Shown here: piece after piece, positions 26,766-35,681 of the stretch | Layout: the number at the start of each line of letters is the position of its first letter | Numbering within the stretch: position 1 is the first letter of the stretch | DNA from: Candidatus Saccharimonadota bacterium | Lineage (GTDB): Bacteria; Patescibacteriota; Saccharimonadia; CAILAD01; BJGX01 | NCBI GenBank assembly: GCA_035329105.1 | Contig: DAOLHK010000001.1 | Coordinates: 27,955-83,123, forward strand | DNA: 55,169 nucleotides | Reading direction: 5' to 3' | Translations under genes and position numbers: made by a program | Notes under the pieces: model-generated | The model's database searches: none | What the model saw: only the letters and a program-made list of their open reading frames with translations | What the model was told of the DNA's origin: nothing

Positions 26766-26778
26766 TTGAATTATGTCT

Positions 26779-26880
26779 TTACTGACAAGCCTCACATTCG
26801 GCAAGTAGTTCTGGATCTATCGGACAAACCATTGGTTGATCCCAGTCTTTATCGGTTATTTTATTCTCTTTTGTTGCCAC
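26779..26880 (-). CDS. 33-aa Cys-containing small peptide gene missing from the ORF track (VATKENKITDKDWDQPMVCPIDPELLAECEACQ)
   Basis: GTG start with AAGGAGGG SD (GGAGG ends 4 nt upstream). Own promoter (26912-26941) and terminator (26735-26765). Missed by the ORF track because of its size. Confidence 0.5.
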   Translation of the reverse strand: MATKENKITDKDWDQPMVCPIDPELLAECEACQ

Positions 26881-26911
26881 TTTCCCTCCTTTTGTTTTTT
26901 ATCTGCTTATG

Positions 26912-26941
26912 ATTATACACCCATTCATTTTTATTTGTAAA
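26912..26941 (-). promoter_or_regulatory. Candidate promoter of the 33-codon peptide gene
   Basis: Minus strand reads TTTACA (26941-26936), an 18-nt spacer, then TATAAT (26917-26912). Confidence 0.5.
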
Positions 26942-27026
26942 TAGTGCTTATGAAAGATTTTATTACACCATATGTAGTGTATATAAAAGACTAGCATAAC
27001 CACATTAAAACCTATAAAATTAAAAC

Positions 27027-27725
27027 ATGCGCGACATCACCAAACCCCACTCCCTTGAAGAAATCATGCATGCCTGTAGTCTACAAAGCGACGACTCAAC
27101 AGATACTAAAGTATGCCTGATCAATGAAGAAATCACTCAGGGCCTCAATATCATCGAGAGATACCCCAAGAAAGTAAGCTTCTTTGGATCTACGAGGTTT
27201 ACCGAAGCCAATCCCTACTACCAACAAGCTCGTAGCCTAGCCTCTCGATTGGTCAAGGACCTAGACTATACTGTAGTGACTGGTGGAGGGCCAGGCATCA
27301 TGGAGGCTGCCAATCGCGGTGCCAAAGAAGCAGGTGGTCACTCTATCGGACTCAATATACAATTACCCAAAGAACAAGTAGCCAACCAATATCAGACAGT
27401 CTCTATACCTTTTCATTATTTCTTTACCCGCAAAGTCACACTGACCTTTGCATCTCGCTTATATATCTACTTTCCTGGTGGGTTTGGCACACTCGATGAA
27501 TTTTATGAAATACTTACTCTAGTCCAAAACAAGAAAATCCACAAAGTTCCAATAATACTAGTAGGTGCTAAATTTTGGGAGAGACTCGATATCGACTTTC
27601 ACCACAAAGAGATGCTTTCTGAAGAATTTCAGACAATTGAGCCTGAAGACACTAGCTTATACACCATCACTGACGATATTGATACTATTTTGCATATCGC
27701 CCATGATGCTCAAATGCGCATATAA
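27027..27725 (+). CDS. LOG-family (TIGR00730-type) nucleotide 5'-monophosphate nucleosidase/phosphoribohydrolase
   Basis: 232 aa. VTGGGPGIMEAANRGA and FPGGFGTLDE motifs. Confidence 0.88.
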   Translation: MRDITKPHSLEEIMHACSLQSDDSTDTKVCLINEEITQGLNIIERYPKKVSFFGSTRFTEANPYYQQARSLASRLVKDLDYTVVTGGGPGIMEAANRGAKEAGGHSIGLNIQLPKEQVANQYQTVSIPFHYFFTRKVTLTFASRLYIYFPGGFGTLDEFYEILTLVQNKKIHKVPIILVGAKFWERLDIDFHHKEMLSEEFQTIEPEDTSLYTITDDIDTILHIAHDAQMRI

Positions 27726-27738
27726 ACATATAAAATAA

Positions 27739-27764
27739 GCCCAAGTCTTGAATTTGACTTGGGC
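27739..27764. terminator. Hairpin between converging genes, stem GCCCAAGTC/GACTTGGGC
   Basis: 27739-27747 pairs with 27756-27764, with an 8-nt loop. It lies between the LOG stop (27725) and the minus-strand stop (27780). Confidence 0.6.
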
Positions 27765-27779
27765 CTGGTATGACAACTA

Positions 27780-28076
27780 TCATCGTGTCTCTCTCACGAG
27801 CTTAGCGAAAGCATCTTCGAATTTGCCGTTTTTACGTAGGTCATTCACAAATCGTCTGAGATCAGCTTGTGTCAACACAACGCCCTGCTCGACGCCGCTA
27901 GCCATGAGCAAATCTATTGTTCTTCTCTCTGCAGACTTAATGATTGTGACACGGCACTCAGGACATTTGTAGCTGTAAACACCTGATCCGTCTGACTCGA
28001 CGCTTCGCACCATTAGATCTTTGGTAGTGAGCTCCACATCTCCACAATCAGGGCAACTAGTACGTACTGTAGCCAT
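27780..28076 (-). CDS. Zinc-ribbon small protein, 98 aa
   Basis: AAGGAG SD 6 nt upstream. Two knuckles, CPDCG ... CPEC, about 30 residues apart. Helical C-terminal half. GC above background. Confidence 0.7.
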   Translation of the reverse strand: MATVRTSCPDCGDVELTTKDLMVRSVESDGSGVYSYKCPECRVTIIKSAERRTIDLLMASGVEQGVVLTQADLRRFVNDLRKNGKFEDAFAKLVRETR

Positions 28077-28100
28077 GGTACTCTCCTTTGTTTGCTGGAA

Positions 28101-28397
28101 TTATTGTTCAAGAGGGAAGGGTTTTTGTACTCGTAGTACAATGTCTTCGAAAAGATCTGGGTTTATCTTATATCGACTATAGATACGATTGGGATGTCGC
28201 TTGCGATGTAAAAATCCCAAGCGAAAGAGTCTCTCGCACGACTTGCTTACTTTGTAGATATCGCTTGTCATAGCAACATGACTCTTACCCTCAAATGATG
28301 GGTCTGAAGTAATTTCTACAGGCGAATTGGATTTGAGACGGTCACGAATCATGTACTCCAATACTTGATCGTCTAGCTTTCGTAGTCTACGCCTCAT
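28101..28397 (-). CDS. Small basic protein, possible winged-helix DNA-binding protein, 98 aa
   Basis: GGGAGA SD. The segment IYKVSKSCERLFRLGFLHRKRHPNRIYSRY resembles a recognition helix plus wing. First gene of a bicistron with 27780..28076 (24-nt gap). Confidence 0.55.
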   Translation of the reverse strand: MRRRLRKLDDQVLEYMIRDRLKSNSPVEITSDPSFEGKSHVAMTSDIYKVSKSCERLFRLGFLHRKRHPNRIYSRYKINPDLFEDIVLRVQKPFPLEQ

Positions 28398-28427
28398 GAT
28401 TTCTGTCTCCCGCTTGTTTTGGTTAGG

Positions 28428-28466
28428 TACTATCTATAGTATACAATCTTTTGTGATTATTGTAAA
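28428..28466 (-). promoter_or_regulatory. Candidate promoter with overlapping 6-2-6 inverted repeat (possible operator)
   Basis: Minus strand reads TTTACA (28466-28461), a 17-nt spacer, then TATACT (28443-28438). The inverted repeat TACTAT-CT-ATAGTA (28428-28441) overlaps the -10 and start region. Confidence 0.4.
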
Positions 28467-28562
28467 TCGTTTTTGAATTCTTTTGTTTAATTATGACGTT
28501 GTGCTTATGTATTTGTTATAATTAATATTTGCAATATCAACTAATCAAGAAATAGAGAGTAT

Positions 28563-28952
28563 ATGGAAGATAAAACTACACTACAAGCAATACACAGAAT
28601 CATGCCGGAACTGCGTGAATCAAAAGAAAAACTCAAGAATTTACGTGAACAGCTCAAAGACGTCATGGAACAAAACGACGAATACAAACAGATAGCCGAA
28701 GAAATAAAAGCACTCAGTGAAAAACGATTGGCAGCAAAGCGAGCACTACTAGACGACAAAGACTACCAAAAAGTAAGTGAAGACATGGATGATGAACGAA
28801 CAAAACAAAAAGACTTGCAAGAAATATTGAGTCATTATCTAGTGAGCTACTACCAAGAAACCAATGATACCAAAGTAACTGATGACCTCGGAGAGACACG
28901 CCAAGTGATCTTACAGGCCAAAGTCGGCAAACCAGAAGCTGATATCAAATAA
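28563..28952 (+). CDS. Coiled-coil hypothetical protein, 129 aa
   Basis: Tracked ORF. Charged heptad-like sequence. TGTTATAAT (28514-28522) is an extended -10 candidate upstream. Confidence 0.6.
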   Translation: MEDKTTLQAIHRIMPELRESKEKLKNLREQLKDVMEQNDEYKQIAEEIKALSEKRLAAKRALLDDKDYQKVSEDMDDERTKQKDLQEILSHYLVSYYQETNDTKVTDDLGETRQVILQAKVGKPEADIK

Positions 28953-28955
28953 TAT

Positions 28956-31900
28956 CTACTTAGATAACGGAGGCTGAGAATCGGCAGAGTTTGTATTGTC
29001 TGTATTCGATACAGTACTGCTTGGATTGACCTGTGAAACTGGCTGGGATGGACTAATGTCTAGAGTTGTATTGCTTGGATTTGGTGGCCTAGTTGATGTC
29101 AAGGTATTTGGATGTTGCAAATCAGAATTGGTGATTGGAGGTGCTGGTTGTTGAGCCGCCTCCTGAGCCGATGGAGCTGAGCTGGACATTGAGACTACAG
29201 GGTTCGTAGATATATTGGCTCCAATTGCCGGACCTTGAGATACGGATGAATCGCTAATAGGTGTTATCTGTGAAGGTTGAGGCGGTGGATTCTCAGTAGT
29301 ATTCGGAGTATAAACAGTTGAATTAGTTACAGGGGGCTGTGTAGAAGCGTTTGTATTGATTGGTTGATCAGGTAACGGCGGAAGTGATTTGGCCTTCTTA
29401 CGATGTCTTACGGTCATTATGATTACTATTACTAGCCCTACAATCAAGAGAATTATAAATAATAATACCAATACGGAAATCATTGGAGATATTTCTGGTA
29501 CATCGAGACCAGCAGCAATTTTAGCTTCTGCGACAGAGCTAAGCTGAGCTGCTAGATAATTGGCTGGATACTCAGTCTTGGCCTTGGTAAAGAGCTGATT
29601 GGCGGATTTGTAGTGAGCATTGGAGAATTTCTCAATTCCTTGATCCCAAGTACTGTCTACGGTACTACTGGTATTGAGAGTAATATTGTTCTTCTCAAGA
29701 AGTGACTTGACATCACTGACATCACGCAAAATACTCGAAGTTGCGAAGCTTTCTTTGCCAGACTTAGCACTAGCACCTGGATCAACATAAGTCACAAGCC
29801 CTATAATACTGCCATCTTCGGCAAAAGCAGGTCCTCCGGAATTACCCTGAGCTGCAGGCACATTTGTATCTATAAGACGATATTTGTTCTCGGCGATGCT
29901 CTCAACACCCAAGATTTTTCCCTGTGTAGCAGATGGGATAGTAGTATCTTTCTTGGTAGTCAAGCCGCCATCAACGAATCCCGGAAAACCCATTGCAGTA
30001 ACCAGTATGGTACTGCCACTATTGGGGTTGGAATTGTTTTGTTCATTCAGGCCACCTAGTGTAGAGATAGGATAATTACTTCCACTATCAAGCTTGAGGA
30101 TAGCTACATCTGATGTCTTGAGATCTTTGATATTAGCAATAAGAGATTGTCTGAGGGTTTGCTCATCAAAGTCTTTATCTATGAGCTGAGCAGATACCTT
30201 AGTATCACTGGTAGGTATTGTTATTACTGTCTTGTTGACTTCAGCTTTTATAGGATCGTTGCTTAGCTGAATGACGAATTTGCGATCAACCGAACTAGTC
30301 TTGTACTTGTCTGGACTTATTTTGGACGTAGTAGATAAGAATTTCTCAATTGCCTGTTTATTGCCGGCAGCAATCTGTCGCGCCAAAGCTTCTAGCTGAG
30401 GCCTGGTAAGCACCCCTGTATCTACCAAATATTGCAGATATGATCTGAGGTTGGCTGTATCTGTATTGAGACTAAGAAATGTTTGAAGAACAAGCTCTGG
30501 AATATCTGATACTACATGACCATTGGTAGATATATAGCCATCGCTTGATATGATAGAGCCGCTACCCACCACTGCATTGCAAGCATTTTTGGCCGAATAT
30601 CCGACTTGACCATTTGGCAATAATAAATCGATATTCATACAGGTATTGGTACCTACCCTAACAACCGTTGGTTGATTTTTGGCTACAACTTGCAATGCCG
30701 TATCGTTGACCAATGTCGTTGGAACATTGGTTGTAGATTGAGACAATATTTCCGGATTTGTTTGAGTCCCTCCCTTATCTTCGGCAGCATATGCAACATT
30801 GGAAAGTCGTGGATTAGCATTGCTGCTCAACTCTGCAACACTTCCATATTTAACTGAAGATATTACATTGCGCAGCAATTGTACCTGAGAAGGAATGGAC
30901 TGACTTGATTCACTCAGACTCATCGAGAAAGGCTGATTATTCACCACTAGAACATATTGGGTAAGCTTGCTAGTAGTGGTCACATACTCAGTGTTTACAA
31001 TTTTATACTCCACCGCTTGATATTTGACACCCGATATCTCTACCTCGGTTTGGTTGGTTTTCTCTACGAAATTATTGGCATCATTCTTGGGTGCGAAATG
31101 TCTGATTGCCAATTCTACTTGACTAAGGTTGCCATATTGAGTTTTTGCTGAGTCGAAAAAACCCTTATCAGCAGTAGTCTCAAACTTCAGATCAGTGTTC
31201 TGTACACTACTAGTACTAGTTATTGATGCACTATCGGCTTCACTAGGAGAAATCTTGACAATGGTATAGTCCGACACCTTAGTTAGCTCTTGCGAACTAA
31301 TAGGCTGACTATCTGGTGTTGTTTGTGCCGTAGTATCCAATAGATTGAAGTTGTATATCAGACTAAACCCGGCTGATGATATGATCTTTTTGTAACCTTG
31401 AGCTTCAAGCGCTGAGGATTCTAGATTTGCAGTATTTTGCACTATCTCATCACTTGCCCGAGAAATCCTCAAGACCAATATACCTATCAGGGCTACTACC
31501 AATACTCCACCTAATAATAGCCAGATATTTTCCCAAGGAGCACGATACTTGCTAATAGTATGAATCTTATTTGGCTTCGGCTCATTGTGATGAGATTTTT
31601 CGAAGTGGTGTTTGTGATATTTTCTTTGCTTACGATCTTTGTATAAATACACTATCAGGAATACTGTACCTGCTATAACAATGATAATAATTGCCAAAAA
31701 TTCCAATTGATTGGCTCTAAACACCTGCAAGAATCTTTCATACCCCGTAACATAACTCACTACATTGGCATTTCCCACCTCTACTTGTTGTTGAAGGGCG
31801 TTTTTGGCATCTATCTTGGCGCTTTCTGTCTGTACAAACAAGTAAGTCAGTATAGCTAATGAACCAAACAAAAGTGTAGACAGCAGTATAAGTAAAAAAT

Positions 31901-31973
31901 TGAGCTTTCTAGCCTTTTTTTTGTGTTTGGCATGGATATCTATACCGTTAGAATTGGGTTTACTTTTTTTCAT
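28956..31973 (-). CDS. Giant polytopic membrane protein (1005 aa) with extracytoplasmic trypsin-like (S1) serine protease domain and P/S/T/N-rich C-terminal tail
   Basis: Triad contexts ISTNGHVVSD (His), DVAILKLD (Asp) and GNSGGPAF (Ser). Hydrophobic segments near residues 26-46, 92-112, 150-170 and 828-850. His/Lys-rich loop KYHKHHFEKSHHNEPKPNK. About 150-aa low-complexity tail. Confidence 0.85.
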   Translation of the reverse strand: MKKSKPNSNGIDIHAKHKKKARKLNFLLILLSTLLFGSLAILTYLFVQTESAKIDAKNALQQQVEVGNANVVSYVTGYERFLQVFRANQLEFLAIIIIVIAGTVFLIVYLYKDRKQRKYHKHHFEKSHHNEPKPNKIHTISKYRAPWENIWLLLGGVLVVALIGILVLRISRASDEIVQNTANLESSALEAQGYKKIISSAGFSLIYNFNLLDTTAQTTPDSQPISSQELTKVSDYTIVKISPSEADSASITSTSSVQNTDLKFETTADKGFFDSAKTQYGNLSQVELAIRHFAPKNDANNFVEKTNQTEVEISGVKYQAVEYKIVNTEYVTTTSKLTQYVLVVNNQPFSMSLSESSQSIPSQVQLLRNVISSVKYGSVAELSSNANPRLSNVAYAAEDKGGTQTNPEILSQSTTNVPTTLVNDTALQVVAKNQPTVVRVGTNTCMNIDLLLPNGQVGYSAKNACNAVVGSGSIISSDGYISTNGHVVSDIPELVLQTFLSLNTDTANLRSYLQYLVDTGVLTRPQLEALARQIAAGNKQAIEKFLSTTSKISPDKYKTSSVDRKFVIQLSNDPIKAEVNKTVITIPTSDTKVSAQLIDKDFDEQTLRQSLIANIKDLKTSDVAILKLDSGSNYPISTLGGLNEQNNSNPNSGSTILVTAMGFPGFVDGGLTTKKDTTIPSATQGKILGVESIAENKYRLIDTNVPAAQGNSGGPAFAEDGSIIGLVTYVDPGASAKSGKESFATSSILRDVSDVKSLLEKNNITLNTSSTVDSTWDQGIEKFSNAHYKSANQLFTKAKTEYPANYLAAQLSSVAEAKIAAGLDVPEISPMISVLVLLFIILLIVGLVIVIIMTVRHRKKAKSLPPLPDQPINTNASTQPPVTNSTVYTPNTTENPPPQPSQITPISDSSVSQGPAIGANISTNPVVSMSSSAPSAQEAAQQPAPPITNSDLQHPNTLTSTRPPNPSNTTLDISPSQPVSQVNPSSTVSNTDNTNSADSQPPLSK

Positions 31974-32169
31974 ATGGTAGATTAAAGAAATTCATTTCTG
32001 TGATATAGAATTATTTAATATTATTCATTATTATACTTAAGCTTGATGAATATAACAATTCATCTAATTCGTGCATGAAACTATCTACATCAACTATGAA
32101 TACTAAGTGCTAAGGTAATCTTATTTTATACTTGTATTTAACCGAGCTTAATGCTATTATATTGATTAC

Positions 32170-32523
32170 ATGAAAACCAAGATTCACCCTGACTATATAG
32201 ATACCAAGGTTACCTGTAGCGGATGCGGGGCTACTTTTGATTCAAAATCGACTGTTGCAGAAATGAATGTAGATGTTTGTAGTAGCTGTCATCCATTCTA
32301 TACAGGCAAACAAAAATTAGTAGATACCGCTGGACGCGTCGATCGATTCAAGGCCAAGCGAGCTGCAGCTGAATCCAAAAAAGACGCACTTACTAAAAAA
32401 GCCGTAAAAGCGCTTAGCAAAAAAGAAGCTGCTGCTATGCTCAAAGCTGAAACAGAAATTAGCGAAAAAAACACCACTGAGATCAAAAAAGATCAAAAGT
32501 CTAAAGACCAAACAGAAAAATAA
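32170..32523 (+). CDS. rpmE: 50S ribosomal protein L31 (Zn-binding type A) with long K/A/E-rich C-terminal extension
   Basis: 117 aa. CSGCG and [11 protein letters not shown] motifs. The extension starts around [12 protein letters not shown]. Confidence 0.93.
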   Translation: MKTKIHPDYIDTKVTCSGCGATFDSKSTVAEMNVDVCSSCHPFYTGKQKLVDTAGRVDRFKAKRAAAESKKDALTKKAVKALSKKEAAAMLKAETEISEKNTTEIKKDQKSKDQTEK

Positions 32524-32586
32524 CTAAAACTATAAAAAACTGCTCTGGCTATATATAATAAGAGCAGTTTTTTAAATTATACGAAT

Positions 32587-33654
32587 ATGATAAATGATGA
32601 AAAAATAAATGAAGTCAAAGCCCAGCTACAAGAGATTGAAGCTCAATTAGCTGACCCGAAAGTGTATACCAGCTCCAAAAGTGCGGTATTGGTAGCATCT
32701 CAAAGAGACTTAATTGATAAGTTGACACTATTTGTAGAGCTTAAAAAAACCAGTGACGAGTTAGATGAAGCCAAGACTATGTTGAATGATCCAGAGATGA
32801 AACAGTTAGCCCAAGAAACTATCGATCAACTTGAGCCCAAACTTGCTGAGCTTGAAGACAAAGTCAAAGTTGCCATGTTGCCAGTCGACCCCAACGAACA
32901 CAAGAATGCAATTATTGAAATTCGAGCGGGGGCAGGCGGTGATGAATCAAGTATTTTTGCCGGTGATTTATTGAGGATGTATCTTAGATATGCTGAAACA
33001 CATGGATTACGTTCCGAGCTATTGAGTGAAAGTAGTAATACTTCTGGCGGGTACAAAGAAGTGATAGTTCAGATAAGTGGTGAAAATGCTTATGGGAGAC
33101 TCAAATACGAATCAGGAGTTCATCGAGTCCAAAGAATACCCGCCACCGAAAGTGCTGGTCGAATTCATACCAGCACTGCCACTGTTGCAGTGCTTCCCGA
33201 AGCCGAAGAATCCGATATAGAAATCAACCCGAATGATCTAAGGATCGATGTATTTCGCTCGGGTGGTCATGGTGGACAAAGCGTAAATACTACAGATAGC
33301 GCCGTACGCATCACCCACTTACCTACCGGTATAGTAGCAACTTGCCAAGACGAGAAATCTCAGCTCAAGAACAAACTCAAGGCCATGAACGTACTACGCT
33401 CAAGACTGCTTGATATGCGCATGCAAGAAGAAGAAAAGCAACTCAGCGATACACGCAAATCCCAAATTGGCACCGGAGATCGTTCTGAAAAAATCCGCAC
33501 CTACAATTATCCGCAAGATAGAGTGACCGATCATCGTATCAACTTCACCACGCATGGACTACAAAAGATAATTGATGGAGATCTAGATGTACTATTTGAA
33601 GCACTGCGAAATAGCGAGATACAAAAAAATCTAGATACCGATGAATCTAAATGA
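32587..33654 (+). CDS. prfA: Peptide chain release factor 1
   Basis: 355 aa. PAT tripeptide (RIPATES) and GGQ ([10 protein letters not shown]). Confidence 0.96.
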   Translation: MINDEKINEVKAQLQEIEAQLADPKVYTSSKSAVLVASQRDLIDKLTLFVELKKTSDELDEAKTMLNDPEMKQLAQETIDQLEPKLAELEDKVKVAMLPVDPNEHKNAIIEIRAGAGGDESSIFAGDLLRMYLRYAETHGLRSELLSESSNTSGGYKEVIVQISGENAYGRLKYESGVHRVQRIPATESAGRIHTSTATVAVLPEAEESDIEINPNDLRIDVFRSGGHGGQSVNTTDSAVRITHLPTGIVATCQDEKSQLKNKLKAMNVLRSRLLDMRMQEEEKQLSDTRKSQIGTGDRSEKIRTYNYPQDRVTDHRINFTTHGLQKIIDGDLDVLFEALRNSEIQKNLDTDESK

Positions 33655-34466
33655 ACATTCGAAAGACACTTGAGTCTGCTCATGATAAACTGCGTGAAAA
33701 AGACATAGCTTCATTTCAACTAGATGCACAGTTGTTGCTGTCACATGTTCTGGGCAAAAGTCGAGAATTTCTATTAGCAAATCCAGAATATGTACTTACT
33801 AGCCGTGAAACTACTAAGTTTGAGCGGTGTATTTCACGCCGTATTGATAGAGAACCTATTTGCTATATAACCAATAGTATCGAATTTTATGGTAATAATT
33901 TCTTGATAGATAAGCGCGTACTTGCTCCACGCGTAGAAACAGAAACGATTGTCGAGAATGCAATCAAATCTGCGCCTAAACATTCCAGGCTTATCGATAT
34001 CGGTACGGGCTCAGGTGCTATTGCGATAAGTATAGCTAAAGAGAGGCCTGATCTAGAGATTACTGCCACTGAGATCTCTCAAGACGCACTAGATGTAGCG
34101 ACACAAAATGCTTCCAACCTCATCAAGAATCACAATATACAGTTTATAAAGTCAGACCTGTTTAATAATGTTGAAGGTGTATATGAAACAGTAGTAACCA
34201 ATCTGCCCTACGTTTCACTAGACAATATTGACAACATGAAGCCCGAGGTAAAGAAAGAGCCCGCAGTAGCTCTATATGGTGGTTCCGGGGATGGACTTGA
34301 CCTGTATCGTAAGTTCTACAAGCAACTTCCTGATTACATCAAACCTAGAAGTATGGTTTATCACGAGTCAGATCCGTGGCAGCACGAAGCACTGATCAAG
34401 CTAGCAAAATCCGCCAATTTATTATCGATACTTGAAGACTATTTTATATTGGGTTTTAAAAGATGA
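33651..34466 (+). CDS. prmC: Release factor glutamine methyltransferase PrmC/HemK
   Basis: 271 aa. SAM motif DIGTGSGAI and NLPY in the NPPY position. 4-nt overlap with prfA. Confidence 0.9.
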   Translation: MNIRKTLESAHDKLREKDIASFQLDAQLLLSHVLGKSREFLLANPEYVLTSRETTKFERCISRRIDREPICYITNSIEFYGNNFLIDKRVLAPRVETETIVENAIKSAPKHSRLIDIGTGSGAIAISIAKERPDLEITATEISQDALDVATQNASNLIKNHNIQFIKSDLFNNVEGVYETVVTNLPYVSLDNIDNMKPEVKKEPAVALYGGSGDGLDLYRKFYKQLPDYIKPRSMVYHESDPWQHEALIKLAKSANLLSILEDYFILGFKR

Positions 34467-34505
34467 TAATTCACCAATAATAATTGGCTACATATTTTTT
34501 TGAAA

Positions 34506-35663
34506 CTATTCTTGCGGTGCTTCAGCCAATGTAGCTTCAAACTTTTGCTCTTTTCCATCTCGATAGACCACCAAAGTCACTTTGTCTCCCGCAGATTTTT
34601 GTCCGATAAGTGTAGATAAGCTATTGTTCGCATCGATAGTTTGATTATCAAGCTTTAATATAATATCACCTGATTTCAAGCCAGCCTTGTCAGCCGGACT
34701 TCCTGCTACTACACCGCTCTCACCACTCTGTGAGGTAGCTATATAGGCCCCATTTTCCACAGCCAAATTATTGGCCTTAGCTGATTCTGCATCCAAAATC
34801 ACGTATCTTACGCCTAAGTATGCTCTGGTGATTTTGCCATTATCGGTAACAGACCGGATATCCTTGATAGCTTCATTGATGGGTATAGCAAACCCAATGT
34901 TTTCAGAGCCCTGACCTGCTACAGCGGTATTGATTCCTATCACTTGCCCATCGATATTCACCAGGGGGCCTCCAGAATTACCGGGATTGATTGCAGCATC
35001 GGTTTGGAATAGGTTTTGCAAACTTTCTGACCCCGCATCGTCCGATGCGATGACTGGGCGGCTCTTGCCCGAAATTACTCCAGTAGTAACAGTATTTTGA
35101 TATTGGCCCAGTGCATTACCTATAGCCACCACAAAAGACCCTACTTGCATCTTAGAACTATCGCCTATTTCGGCTGGCTTAAAATCATTGGCTCCTCCAA
35201 CTCTTAGAAAAGCAATGTCATTAACTGGATCTTTAGCTATCAATTTTACATCCTTGTAAGACTTACCATCAGATGTTACCACCTCAAATGAATTACCATC
35301 TTCTACAACATGCTTATTGGTCAAAATCAGTCCGTCTTTGGAAATAATGATTCCCGTACCAGCTCCTTGTTGCTGCCTTGACCGTCCAAATATATCCCGA
35401 GCAGTCGCATTCGTCGTGATACTGACTACACTTGGTCCAACTTTCTTCGCAATCTCAATAGTAGCGTTCTGTTCATTGATGACTATATTTTTACTTTGAG
35501 CCATGCCTAGACTAGTAGTAGTTCGTGATGACCACCAAGAGTATAAAAATGCTCCTAGAAACCCAAATACTACAGATAATACAATAACTCCTCCGACTAG
35601 CGCGGGGTTGAAAGAGTTCTTACGTTCTTTATTGATTTTGGTAGTTTTTGATGTGTTAGTCAT
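34506..35663 (-). CDS. htrA: HtrA/DegP-family serine protease with PDZ domain
   Basis: 385 aa. N-terminal TM. LTNKHVVED, DIAFLRV and GNSGGPLVN. C-terminal PDZ-like segment (GSPADKAGLKSGDIILKLDN). Confidence 0.92.
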   Translation of the reverse strand: MTNTSKTTKINKERKNSFNPALVGGVIVLSVVFGFLGAFLYSWWSSRTTTSLGMAQSKNIVINEQNATIEIAKKVGPSVVSITTNATARDIFGRSRQQQGAGTGIIISKDGLILTNKHVVEDGNSFEVVTSDGKSYKDVKLIAKDPVNDIAFLRVGGANDFKPAEIGDSSKMQVGSFVVAIGNALGQYQNTVTTGVISGKSRPVIASDDAGSESLQNLFQTDAAINPGNSGGPLVNIDGQVIGINTAVAGQGSENIGFAIPINEAIKDIRSVTDNGKITRAYLGVRYVILDAESAKANNLAVENGAYIATSQSGESGVVAGSPADKAGLKSGDIILKLDNQTIDANNSLSTLIGQKSAGDKVTLVVYRDGKEQKFEATLAEAPQE

Positions 35664-35681
35664 AAGATTAAAGAAAATATG

